This document shows positions 11,479 through 23,829 of a stretch of DNA of 64,000 nucleotides, piece by piece. Position 1 is the stretch's first letter. Every line of letters begins with the position of its first letter. Source of the stretch: Octopus sinensis (lineage: Eukaryota). The notes beneath the pieces were generated by a model. That model searched no databases, had not been told where the DNA came from, and was given only the letters and a program-made list of their open reading frames with translations. Made by a program: the position numbers and the translations under genes. The DNA is taken from NCBI RefSeq assembly GCF_006345805.1, contig NC_043016.1:28520001-28584000 (forward strand), in the 5' to 3' direction.

Positions 11479-11529
<51 letters not shown>

Positions 11530-11530
<1 letters not shown>

Positions 11531-11752
11531 CAAAAAAATATTCAGACAAATACATAACAAAAACACCAAGACTTACAAATATATATAACATACAGAAAAT
11601 TGCACTACTGGGAACTGCACACATCCTACGCAAAACACTTTCAATACAGTAACCATAAGAGCATCACAACAAACCACAGCACATACCCAAGGCACACAGA
11701 GCTACGCCCAGTAGTGAAGTGAAAGCAGGCTATAAAAATAAAACTACTAAAA
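11530..11752 (+). mobile_element. Dong/R4-clade LINE, short 3' fragment between (AAT)n runs
   Basis: Close match to 22478-22690; flanked by (AAT)n on both sides. Confidence 0.85.
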
Positions 11753-11779
11753 AAAAAAATAATAATAATAATAATAATG

Positions 11780-12725
11780 TGTATATTAAACATGGGGACT
11801 TGCTGAGATGTCTAACCTAAAGTGAGGAAACCTTGCTAGTTGCAGTTATAGATGAAGGCATATTGAAAGTGAAAGCAAGAAAAACAACAAGAAAGCAAAA
11901 TGTACAGGAAGGGCATGAAGGAGCATTACTCAACAAGGGATTACATAATTCTGTGTAACCATAACTGAAGTTGCTGGAGAATATAGATTGGACTGTTTAA
12001 AGAGAGGGACACTTAAAAAGAGACTGAGAGTGTCATACTTGCAGTTCAAGACCAAGCTTTGGTTACATATTGGAGGGTCAACCTTAGAAGGAAGCAAGTG
12101 TTTCCATTGTGCTGATTTTGACAAAATCACTGCTCATATTGTAAAGGAATACTCTAGACTTACCCAAAACCAATATAAGTTGTAGCAATGTGATGAGGAA
12201 GGATAAGGGCAGCATTGGAAACTATGTGAAAAGTCAGGGTTATTCAGAGGCAAGGCATGGTACAAACACAAACCACAGAGAGCAGTTGAGTAAGAAACTT
12301 GCAAAATCCTGTGGGATTTCCCACTCCGAACAGACGAGGTGCTTGAGCACAAGCCAGACTTAGTGTACTCTATAACTGATGTTGCATACCCATTTGACCC
12401 ACAAATAATTAAGAAGGAAGGTGAAATAATGTATACAATACTCTTGAATATGAGAGAGCCTGACTGTGGAAGATGAAAAAGGTGAAGATAATGTCAAATT
12501 ATTGTTGGGGCCTTGGGAAGAGTATTAAAAGATATCAAGAAGAATATAAAATAAATAGGAAAATAGTACCAGGTAGAGCTCTTGCAAAACGTTTGCCTCC
12601 TCCGCACAGCCAGAATCATCAGGAAAGTATTAGATATTCGAAAAGAATAAATAGCATAGTACTAGCAAGCCCACTCCTCATGCAAGATCCCAGGAGTTCC
12701 AAGAAAAGCTTGAGTTAAAAGAATA
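11780..12725 (+). mobile_element. Older Dong/R4-clade LINE remnant
   Basis: Decayed zinc-knuckle and restriction-like endonuclease segments (ILWDFPLRTD...HKPDLV...DVAYPFD); followed by (TAC)n(TAA)n(GAA)n(CAA)n. Confidence 0.65.
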
Positions 12726-12856
12726 CTACTACTACTACTACTACTAATAATAATAATAATAATAATAAAAAGAAGAAGAAGAAGAAGAACAACAACAACA
12801 AGTGGATCACAGATACATTCTAGAAGATTTTAAAAAATTATCCTGCATTGAAATAG

Positions 12857-12920
12857 TTGTTCAGTTGTATAACATTTTGTTTCTATAAAATTGTTCAGTT
12901 GTATAACATTTTGTTTCTAT
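12857..12920 (+). repeat. 30-bp direct duplication (34-bp period)
   Basis: ttgttcagttgtataacattttgtttctat at 12857-12886 and 12891-12920. Confidence 0.95.
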
Positions 12921-13017
12921 GAAAACTGGATAAGAAGAAAAGCTTCAATTCTTGAGACACTATAGAGCTTCCTGGTGACTCAATGGGTTATAGGTAGTCT
13001 AGTCTAGTCTAGTCTAG

Positions 13018-13018
<1 letters not shown>
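12920..13018 (+). repeat. Left inverted arm (75 nt unique plus (TAGTC)4 TAGT)
   Basis: Exact reverse complement of 16039-16137. Confidence 0.97.
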
Positions 13019-13052
<34 letters not shown>

Positions 13053-13059
13053 TATATAC

Positions 13060-16000
13060 ACTAGACTAGACTAGACTAGACTAGACTAGACTAGACTAGA
13101 CTAGACTAGACTAGACTGACTGGACTGGACTGGACTGGGACTGGACTGGGACTGGACTGGACTGGACTGGACTGGACTGGACTGGCTGGACTGGACTGGA
13201 CTGGACTGGACTGGACTGGACTGGACTGGACTGGACTGGACTGGACTGGACTGGACTGGACTGGACTGGACTGGACTGGACTGGACTGGACTGGACTGGA
13301 CTGGACTGGACTGGACTGGACTGGACTGGACTGGACTGGACTGGACTGGACTGGACTGGACTGGACTGGACTGGACTGGACTGGACTGGACTGGACTGGA
13401 CTGGACTGGACTGGACTGGACTGGACTGACTGGACTGGACTGGACTGGACTGGACTGGACTGGACTGGACTGGACTGGACTGGACTGGACTGGACTGGAC
13501 TGGACTGGACTGGACTGGACTGGACTGGACTGGACTGGACTGGACTGGACTGGACTGGACTGGACTGGACTGGACTGGACTGGACTGGACTGGACTGGAC
13601 TGGACTGGACTGGACTGGACTGGACTGGACTGGACTGGACTGGACTGACTGGACTGGACTGGACTGGACTGGACTGGCTGGACTGGACTGGACTGGACTG
13701 GACTGGACTGGACTGGACTGGACTGGACTGGACTGGACTGACTGGACTGGACTGGACTGGACTGGACTGGACTGGACTGGACTGGACTGGACTGGACTGG
13801 GACTGGACTGGACTGGACTGGACTGGACTGGACTGGACTGGACTGGACTGGACTGGACTGGACTGGACTGGACTGGACTGGACTGGACTGGACTGGACTG
13901 GACTGGACTGGACTGGACTGGACTGGACTGGACTGGACTGGACTGGACTGGACTGGACTAGACTGGACTAGGACTAGACTAGACTAGACTAGACTAGACT
14001 AGACTAGACTAGACTAGACTAGACTAGACTAGACTAGACTAGACTAGACTAGACTAGACTAGACTAGACTAGACTAGACTAGACTAGACTAGACTAGACT
14101 AGACTAGACTAGACTAGACTAGACTAGACTAGACTAGACTAGACTAGACTAGACTAGACTAGACTAGACTAGACTAGACTAGACTAGACTAGACTAGACT
14201 AGACTAGACTAGACTAGACTAGACTAGACTAGACTAGACTAGACTAGACTAGACTAGACTAGACTAGACTAGACTAGACTAGACTAGACTAGACTAGACT
14301 AGACTAGACTAGACTAGACTAGACTAGACTAGACTAGACTAGACTAGACTAGACTAGACTAGACTAGACTAGACTAGACTAGACTAGACTAGACTAGACT
14401 AGACTAGACTAGACTAGACTAGACTAGACTAGACTAGACTAGACTAGACTAGACTAGACTAGACTAGACTAGACTAGACTAGACTAGACTAGACTAGACT
14501 AGACTAGACTAGACTAGACTAGACTAGACTAGACTAGACTAGACTAGACTAGACTAGACTAGACTAGACTAGACTAGACTAGACTAGACTAGACTAGACT
14601 AGACTAGACTAGACTAGACTAGACTAGACTAGACTAGACTAGACTAGACTAGACTAGACTAGACTAACTAGACTAGACTAGACTAGACTAGACTAGACTA
14701 GACTAGACTAGACTAGACTAGACTAGACTAGACTAGACTAGACTAGACTAGACTAGACTAGACTAGACTAGACTAGACTAGACTAGACTAGACTAGACTA
14801 GACTAGACTAGACTAGACTAGACTAGACTAGACTAGACAGACTAGACTAGACTAGACTAGACTAGACTAGACTAGACTAGACTAGACTAGACTAGACTAG
14901 ACTAGACTAGACTAGACTAGACTAGACTAGACTAGACTAGACTAGACTAGACTAGACTAGACTAGACTAGACTAGACTAGACTAGACTAGACTAGACTAG
15001 ACTAGACTAGACTAGACTAGACTAGACTAGACTAGACTAGACTAGACTAGACTAGACTAGACTAGACTAGACTAGACTAGACTAGACTAGACTAGACTAG
15101 ACTAGACTAGACTAGACTAGACTAGACTAGACTAGACTAGACTAGACTAGACTAGACTAGACTAGACTAGACTAGACTAGACTAGACTAGACTAGACTAG
15201 ACTAGACTAGACTAGACTAGACTAGACTAGACTAGACTAGACTAGACTAGACTAGACTAGACTAGACTAGACTAGACTAGACTAGACTAGACTAGACTAG
15301 ACTAGACTAGACTAGACTAGACTAGACTAGACTAGACTAGACTAGACTAGACTAGACTAGACTAGACTAGACTAGACTAGACTAGACTAGACTAGACTAG
15401 ACTAGACTAGACTAGACTAGACTAGACTAGACTAGACTAGACTAGACTAGACTAGACTAGACTAGACTAGACTAGACTAGACTAGACTAGACTAGACTAG
15501 ACTAGACTAGACTAGACTAGACTAGACTAGACTAGACTAGACTAGACTAGACTAGACTAGACTAGACTAGACTAGACTAGACTAGACTAGACTAGACTAG
15601 ACTAGACTAGACTAGACTAGACTAGACTAGACTAGACTAGACTAGACTAGACTAGACTAGACTAGACTAGACTAGACTAGACTAGACTAGACTAGACTAG
15701 ACTAGACTAGACTAGACTAGACTAGACTAGACTAGACTAGACTAGACTAGACTAGACTAGACTAGACTAGACTAGACTAGACTAGACTAGACTAGACTAG
15801 ACTAGACTAGACTAGACTAGACTAGACTAGACTAGACTAGACTAGACTAGACTAGACTAGACTAGACTAGACTAGACTAGACTAGACTAGACTAGACTAG
15901 ACTAGACTAGACTAGACTAGACTAGACTAACTAGACTAGACTAGACTAGACTAGACTAGACTAGACTAGACTAGACTGACTAGACTAGACTAGACTAGAC

Positions 16001-16062
16001 TAGACTAGACTAGACTAGACTAGACTAGACTAGACTAGACTAGACTAGACTAGACTAGACTA
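13060..16062 (+). repeat. Pentanucleotide satellite, about 600 units: (GACTA)n-(GACTG)n-(GACTA)n
   Basis: GACTA 13060-13114, GACTG about 13115-13955, GACTA about 13956-16062; rare single-base indels and ACTAA variants. Confidence 0.99.
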
Positions 16063-16137
16063 CCTATAACCCATTGAGTCACCAGGAAGCTCTATAGTGT
16101 CTCAAGAATTGAAGCTTTTCTTCTTATCCAGTTTTCA
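16039..16137 (-). repeat. Right inverted arm
   Basis: Unique part 16063-16137 is the exact reverse complement of 12920-12994. Confidence 0.97.
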
Positions 16138-16339
16138 CTTAGCTTGGTCATGTAATTCAGATGAGTAAGGAACACACAACCAATGTCTCTCCTACATAAC
16201 CAACTTTATTATAAGACATGAAATGAGTGAAACTTAAGATACAAAGATGAACAGCATAAATGTAAAAGAAAACATATTTGACATAAAGCATTATACATAA
16301 GTGTTGTAGAGTGAAGTGAATTGAATAAATTCTTGCTTG

Positions 16340-16780
16340 CTTCTTGCTTCGTGCTTTTGCTTGATGGGGCTGGAGTCACCTCAGGTTAGTGGCCTCATAG
16401 ATGTCATCATATGTAGAGGTGGCCAGGTCCACCAGTGCTTTTCATTGCTGGTGGTCCCATGCCAGTTCCTCTGCATCCTCCAAGATGATGTTGAGCCTCT
16501 GGAGATCTTCCTTAACCACGTCCAGCCATCTGGTGTGGAGCCTATTTCAAGGCCTCTTCCAGCTTGTAGCTACTGTGTCAAATGAGAGTAAAGCCCTGGT
16601 AGGATGATCTAGTGGGAAACAGAGGACATGTCTACACTAGTTCGTGTGATGGATAGCTATGAGGTGGGAGGGTGCAGATTGATGCATAAACACATGCAAT
16701 TCTTTGTTGAAAGCATGATGGTACCATCTGGTGCTTTTCAAGATAGAGCAGTGGTACCAGAGGGCTTCTATAGGGAGTAA
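16340..16780 (-). mobile_element. LINE 3' remnant (RTE-like)
   Basis: Minus frame WLDVVKEDLQRLNIILEDAEELAWDHQQWKALV, typical of RTE-group ORF C-termini. Confidence 0.65.
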
Positions 16781-16899
16781 GTAATGCATTTTAAAAAATA
16801 AAGTTATACACGTGTATTTGTACTTTCAAAGTAAAATGTGTTTTTTTTTTATCAGAAATAAGGCTACTTGATCAAAACTCAGGATGAACAGTGTAGAAT

Positions 16900-17900
16900 A
16901 ATAATAATAATAATGAAATTATTATATACAGTGCTCAGGTGCACCACAACTTGTCAGAAAGTGCATATAAAGTACATGCAGTAATGTAAAAATGTCTGGA
17001 AAGCGAACAATGTATGAGTCAGATACATGCTTGTGTGTGTAAGGAGGGGAGAAAATCGGGTGTAGTGTTAGTGAATCTCAGAAAGCATGGAAGTTTTCAA
17101 GGATGCAGTGCTCTGACAACTAACAACTGATGCCGGCAGTTTGTTCCATGCTTCAGCAATTCTTAGCATGAAAAAATGTTTCCTGAAGTCATGGAGCTGT
17201 GCTGTTTTCTGACTTTGTAATATGTCCACGGGTGTTAGATGGGTGGAGTTTTGAAAAGGTGCTCAGAGTTATTGTTTGTACGATGGTTGATAATTTTATG
17301 GGTGTCTGCCAAGTCAGCTGCCAGACGTCGAGTTTCAATGTGTCCATGCCCAGGGAAGTTCAGGATATGGCAAATGCCTGATGGAGGGTATTCTTTTGGT
17401 TGCACATCGCTGAACAGCTTCCAGACGATTGATATCCTGGGCAAGATAGGGGTTCCAGACCGGTGATGCAAATTCCAAGTGAGGTCTTACCATAGCTATA
17501 TAAAGCCGCCGATAGATAGCCAGAGAGCGGCTCACAAAGGATTTGGTGAGTGATGCCAAGACACCCTCAGCCTTCTTGACAATTTTAGCGATGTGTTTTG
17601 TCCAATGCAAATCACTGTCAACAATAACACCCAGGTCATGTTCACATGTAGACTTTTTGAGACTAGTGTTGTGGAGGAGTAGGTGGACGCTGGGTTTCTC
17701 CTCCCAAATGCATGGTGGTACATTTGTCCACAGCCAGCTTGAGTTGCCAGTCCATGATCCACTGCTGCATTGTGTCCAGGTCTGCTTGCAATAGAGATCT
17801 ATAGTGTACAGGATTTGACCTCTTTATTTCGAGGTACAGCTTGATGTCATCTGCATATTTCAGCACTGTGGCATTCTTTAAGTTGGCATCTATGTCATTA
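16900..17900 (-). mobile_element. CR1/L2-like LINE, RT C-terminal half and 3' end
   Basis: KYADDIKLY RT motif, WQLKLAVDKC, LYIAMVRPHLEFASPVWNPYL...LEAVQRCATK; (ATT)n tail; frameshifted. Confidence 0.9.
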
Positions 17901-18089
17901 ACATATGCAACATATAAAAAACAAGGAATTCATAGATACTTGCTACCCAATCGCTTCAAAATGCACCTGCAAATATATACTGTGCTGTTCAATTACAACA
18001 AAGTCACCAATGTAGAAAATAAGGATGTTCAGAGATAATTTAATTATAATAGATTGCTTTTTGTTTTCTACATACCACCAGTATGAAGA

Positions 18090-18478
18090 TCTGCTTCTGG
18101 GTCTCACAGAGAGACAAGCTGGTGAAGCATGATCTTTGAATGTTGGGTCTCATGGAGGCAATGACAAGTGACCGAGACCTTTGCAATATGCTGTGCTTGA
18201 GAAGATTTGTTAAGCCAAGAGAAAGTGTGGTCATGGCTGTTCCCAGTGTCATGTAAATGGCACCTGTAAAATCATAGTCATGGCCATTACTGGTGCCAGT
18301 GGCATATAAAATGTACCCATTACACACTTGGACAGGTAGGTGTTAGGAAGGGCATCCAATCATAGAAATCATGCCAAATCAGACTGAAACCTGATGCAAC
18401 TCTCCATCTTACCAGTTCCAGTTAAACCATCTAACCCATGACAGCATGGAAAACACACGTTAAATGATGATGTTGATG
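18090..18478 (+). mobile_element. RTE LINE 3' end, decayed
   Basis: gtgaagcatgatctttgaatgttgggtctc ... gcatggaaaacacacgttaaatgatgatg. Confidence 0.8.
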
Positions 18479-18748
18479 AATTAGACAACAATGCATACAG
18501 AAAACCTGAACAAGTTTTCAGTTACATTATTAATAAAAACAAGGTTTATACAAAATATGTTATACATTACAAATATTTTCACATTTGTAAAGTCAACCAA
18601 GTAATACAAATGATGCAGATAAGAGTGTTATACAATGCATATTTATGCAGTCAGTTGCGTGTCATATATGGTACAAGTTGATAGTATCAGTAAGGGTTTA
18701 TTAAGAAGAAAAAATAAGTACAAGGAACTGGCAGAAAATGAGGCACTG

Positions 18749-19295
18749 TTAACTCTTTACAATTCAGATTATTCTGTCAAATGTAATGCTTATTTATTCA
18801 CATTGTTTTGAATTAGACATGCATTATCTTGTAGCTTTGAGATTTCAATGATGTGACTGTTTAAAATGATATTGTATGGTAGGTGTGAGAGGCTGAATCT
18901 GGTCCATTTAAACATATAACAGGTAGAATATTTTGGGAGGATATGGTCAGTTTAAATGGTAAAGCACTGGTTCTCAACCAGAATCCATATGATCCCTTGG
19001 GATTCATGCAAGTGAAATAATAAATTGAGTCCAGAGTTGTATTTTAAGGGTGAATGAAAGAATTTTGCTGTAGATGTATTTATTGCAATAAACAACCAAA
19101 TCTCTTTCTCTGATGTTTTACATAATTCAGCCTACAAAAGTTAATGTGTGATGAACAAAATAGGAATTTTGAAAGAAGTTTCTATAAAACTAGTTTTTAA
19201 ACATTGAATGGCTATGGGGATCCACCAGAATAAAATTGTAATCAAAGGGTTCCATGTGTGAAAAATGGTTGAGAAACACTGTGCTAAAGGGCTAA
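18749..19295. mobile_element. piggyBac-type MITE interrupted by a hAT MITE
   Basis: ttaa-ctcttta start and tgctaaaggg-ctaa end (degenerate CCCTTT TIR and TTAA site); right end split by the 18965-19281 insertion. Confidence 0.55.
18965..19281. mobile_element. hAT-type MITE
   Basis: TIRs cactggttctcaacc / ggttgagaaacactg; 8-bp TSD tggtaaag / tgctaaag. Confidence 0.85.
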
Positions 19296-19424
19296 AGGAT
19301 TACTTATTCAACTTTAAAATGTCTCATACTTTAGACTAACTGAAAAGGGAGTAGATAAACTACCTATTTTGCTTTGTGGTAGCAGCTACTGACATATATC
19401 CCTGTCCTGTCAAAGAAGACAAAA

Positions 19425-20307
19425 TCATCATCATTATCATCATCGTTTAGCGTCCGTTTTCCATGCTAGCATGGGTTGGACGGTTCTACTGAGGTCTGTG
19501 AAGCCAGAAGGCTTCATCAGGCCCAGTCAAATCTGGCAGTGTTTCTACGGCTGGATGCCCTTCCTAACGCCAACCACTCCGTGAGTGTAGTGGGTGCTTT
19601 TTACGTGCCACCTGCACAGGTGCCAGACAGAGCTGGCAAACGGCCACGAACGGATGGTGCTTTTTATGTGCCAGGCGAGGCTGGCAACGGACACGAAACG
19701 GGGCGGTGCTGGCAACGGTCGCGAAACGGAAGGTTCTCTTACATGCCACCGGCACTGGTAACACATCTGCAATTTCCATTGATCGATTTCGATTCTGATC
19801 CTCACTTGCCTCAACAGGTCTTCACAAGTAGAGTTATGTGTTCCAAGAAGGGAAGGTATGCATACGTAGGCTGGCTCCATCCCATGTAGAAGGCCACGGG
19901 TTATGGACTCACTTGTCCTGCCGGGTCTTCTCGCGCACAGCACACTTCCAGAGGTTTCGGTCTCTAGTCATTTCCTCAGTGAGACCTAAAGTTCGAAGGT
20001 CGTGCTTCACCACCTCGTCCCAGGTTTTCCTGGGTCTGCCTCTTCCACAGGTTCCCTCAACCGCTAGGTGTGGCACTTTTTCACACAACTATCTTCATCC
20101 ATTCTCGCCACATGACCATACCAGCGCAAACGTCTCTCTTGCACACCACAACTGATGCTTCTTAGGTCCAGCTTTTCTCTCAAGGTACTTACACTCTGCC
20201 GAGTATGAGTACTGACATTACACATCCATTGGAGCATACTGGCTTCATTTCTTGCGAGCTTACGCATATCCTCAGCAGTCACAGCCCATGTTTCACTGCC
20301 ATGTAGC

Positions 20308-20310
<3 letters not shown>
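19425..20310 (-). mobile_element. RTE LINE, 5'-truncated (RT C-terminus plus 3' UTR)
   Basis: MLHGSETWAVT...LQWMCNV...RLRWYGHVARM; (GAT)n tail. Confidence 0.93.
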
Positions 20311-20334
<24 letters not shown>

Positions 20335-20343
<9 letters not shown>

Positions 20344-20875
20344 CCCTGATGCAGTACAGGCAGTGGGTCTCATGGCTTCTGATCTTAACTGATTGGAAGT
20401 GTTATCATGTACTTTGTTTTTTGTCTTGGTATAAAAGATGGGCTACAGCAAATATTTTACTCAATACCACAGATTTGCTTGTCAGTTGCTTGACCTTAAC
20501 CAGTTAAGCATGTCCCTTAGTGGCTGTTGATATGTGCATCTCTGATCATGAGCAGAAGTAGTGGGGGAGCATCATAGCCATGTGTTGAGAGGGATTCTTT
20601 GGCATTTAAAAAATTCACCTCTGGAAACATGGGTGTTTCGTTCAACATCCTTAATCAATCCTTATTCAGGGACCTTTTGAGTGGGATGGGCTACTCGACC
20701 AGAAGAAAGTTCTAACTGGGCCCCACCTGCAAGGTCATGTGCTGTTTATCTTGATATGAGATCACCATGTCATGCACATATGGTTGCAGACAGGTAGTCA
20801 TGATGGGTATACTGGGCGTCGTATATTTTACCCCAGTGTCACTTTGATGGCATGCACTGCTCTCTCACTCACTAA
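20335..20875. repeat. Interspersed repeat of about 540 bp between two (AAT)n runs
   Basis: More GC-rich than its flanks and bounded by (AAT)n on both sides; family not identified. Confidence 0.5.
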
Positions 20876-21129
20876 TAATAATAATAATAATAATAAGTGC
20901 AAAAAATCGTGTTAACTGGAACGACTCATGTACTGAGAAGAGCATTATCGCTGTGAAAACAACATCCATTCATGAATTTATTTATTTATTAATTTTTTAA
21001 ATACATATTTTACCTGTGAATTTCCATGTGTAATCTGGGAATGCATACAGTGAGTTTCTCTGCCCTAGGTGTATGGAAAACATTTGGCGAGAAACAGAAG
21101 AAAATTTGAAGAAAGAAGGAAAAAAAAAA

Positions 21130-22700
21130 AATAATAATAATAATGATGATGATGATAATGATAATAATAATAATGATAATAATAATAAGAAGAATAGCAA
21201 CATCACACTAGATAAAACCAATGAAATAAGAGAATTAGACCAAAAACATACATACAAATATTTAGGAATCAATGAACTAGATACGATACAACACACACAA
21301 ATGAAAGAGAAAATAAAAAAAGAATACTATAGACGAGTTAGATCAATACTGAAAACAGAGCTCAATGCTAAAAGCAAGATAATAGGTATTAACACTTTAG
21401 CCATCCCAGTTATAAGTTACAGCTACAATATCCTTAACTGGACACTAAATGAACTGACCAAAATAGACAGGAAAACAAGAAAAATAATGACAGGATCTAG
21501 GATGCACTACCCAAAATCTGACATAGAAAGGCTATATATACAACGTATAGAAGCTGGTAGAGGCCTCATACGGCTGGAAAACTATCATAAAATAACCACC
21601 ATAGGACTGCAAAAATACCTACTTCAGAAATAAGGAAAACTAATACAAATAGCCACAAAACACGAGCAAAAGAAAAAACTGTTTTCAGTATTTACGGAAG
21701 CCGACAAATACAAACAAAAAAAAATCATACTACTAACAAATATGAAGAAGAAGAAGAAGAAATAACAAAAGCTATAAAACAAATGAAATCCAAGCTAAAA
21801 CTAGAACAGCAATGGTCCATGATTAAATGATGGCAAGAAAAGCTCCATCATGGCAAATACTGGGCTAAACTAAATGCAAAAGAAAAACAGAGAAAAATTC
21901 CAGCAATGGTTGAGAAGCTCAGGACTCAAAGCAGAGACTGAGGGATTCTTAATTGCAGCACCAGACCAAAGCCTCCCCACCAGAAATTACCAAAAACATA
22001 TAATGAAAAGAAATATAACAAGTAACTGCAGAATATGTGGAGATGGACAGGAAACAATGAATCATATTATCTCTGGCTGCCCAGTCCTGGCCAAGAAAGA
22101 ATATATTCACAAACACGACAGAGCTGGGACCTACATACACTAGAAGCTATGCCAACACTATGGAATAACAACAGAAAAAAGATGGTATAGGCACATGCCA
22201 GAAAAGGTCACAGAAAACGAGAAAGCAGCCATACTCTGGGATATTCCAATACACACAGATAGATAAATTAGGGCCAATAGGCCAGATATAGTTGTCAGAG
22301 ATCATGAAGAAAAAAATGCTTTCTGATTGCTGTATCAATACCAGCAGATGACAACGTTTCTCTAAAAGAAACAGAGAAACTTTCAAAATACAAAGACCTG
22401 GAAATAGAGGTAACTCGAATGTGGAATCTAAAAACAGAAACAATTCCTATCATAGTGGGCACATTAGGTATGATAAAAAATATTCAGACAAATACATAAC
22501 AAAAACACCAGGACTTACAAATATATACAACATACAGAAAATTGGACTACTAGGCACTGCACACATCCTACGCAAAACACTTTCAATACAGTAACCATCA
22601 GAGCATCACAGCAAACCACAGCACATACCCAAGGCACACAGAGCTGTGCTCGGTAGTGAAGTGAAAGCATGATATAAAAATAAAACTACTGAATGATAAT
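21130..22700 (+). mobile_element. Dong/R4-clade non-LTR retrotransposon, 5'-truncated
   Basis: YKYLG RT end, RLYIQRIEAGRGL, zinc knuckle CRICGDGQETMNHIISGC, restriction-like endonuclease PDIVV...EKLSKYKDL; embedded in (AAT/GAT)n; several stops and frameshifts. Confidence 0.93.
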
Positions 22701-23362
22701 AATAGTAATAATAATAATGATGATGATGAAAAATGGTTGATGGGTGATATATATTTCCATTCTGGAAATGTATATCCATAACTGGCTGAAGAGATCTGAA
22801 TTAACCAGGTGAAAAACTGTAACAGACCAAATCTGACACTGAAATTACCTAGTAGAGTGCAATATACACTAATCATTCACATAATCAATCAGATAATTAC
22901 ATTCCTGATGACTACATTGCAATATCACTGTCACCTGCTTTTACAAGAGCAAAGGAGATGCTCTAGAGAAAAGCAACTACACAGGTGTAGAACTGATGGA
23001 CCATGTTATGGAGAAGTACAACAGTGTGAAGTACAACTGATTATAAAGGGAACAGTTTAGATTTGTGCTAGAACAGGGTCATACTGATACCTCCTTTCTA
23101 GAGAGATAACTACAGGCAAAAGATTCTAGCTATGAGCGAGACACTATAATTAACTCTTATTGACCTGAAGTAAGCATTTGACAAGACGCCACATTCTGTA
23201 GTCTGGTAGTCGTTAATGAAATCGTATTTCTCTCTCCCTGTCTCTCTCTATATATATATGTATATATATATATAATTCTCATTGTATCAACTAGACTATA
23301 TTGTAATATTAATGGTGTTATATATTTATATAGAGTGGTGTATTTTGCCTAAATGTTTATAC

Positions 23363-23469
23363 ATTGAATTATTTGGAAGGACATCAACTCCAAAGCTTTC
23401 ACTCATCCTTATATTAATTTCCATCTCATCTGTTATTGCTACAAATCCTTCACTAATTTTTTCAAATGG
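23363..23469 (-). CDS. Candidate coding exon
   Basis: atgccag acceptor, gtataa donor, open frame PFEKISEGFVAITDEMEINIRMSESFGVDVLPNNS. Confidence 0.3.
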
Positions 23470-23513
23470 CTGGCATATATATTTATATATAGCAATATGT
23501 ATATTATTCTCAG

Positions 23514-23616
23514 AGCAGAACACTATCAAAAGCCTGATGAAGTGCAAAATTCCTCTTCAGTCACTACCTCAAGACAAATACAGAAATTTATCAAGCTTTC
23601 AATATATCTGCTTTAA
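23514..23616 (+). CDS. Alternative candidate exon on the opposite strand
   Basis: ttattctcag acceptor, gtatgt donor, frame xQNTIKSLMKCKIPLQSLPQDKYRNLSSFQYICF; competes with the minus-strand model. Confidence 0.25.
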
Positions 23617-23829
23617 GTATGTTACATAGATTGTTATTTTAAACTAATGCTGCTTCTGTTGTTCAAAGCAGATTTATTTATTTATATTCTTTATCAGAGT
23701 TTAGCCCCGGAACAGTCTTAACTCAGTTGACTCATGATCAAACATGTTTCAGCCATGACCAACCCATTCGTTTCTCAAGCATTGTCTGCCTTGAAGTACA
23801 TTATCCAATGTGTTTGTTGTGTTTACTAC

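Noticed and set aside
13060-16062. Pentamer array as telomere or CRISPR
   Set aside because: It lacks the G-run motif of TTAGGG-type telomeres, is internal with unique flanks, and has no spacers.
19495-19550. CTGATGA and GAAAC in the RTE 3' UTR (minus) as a type II hammerhead
   Set aside because: There is no stem III or NUH site after GAAAC and no stem II complement.
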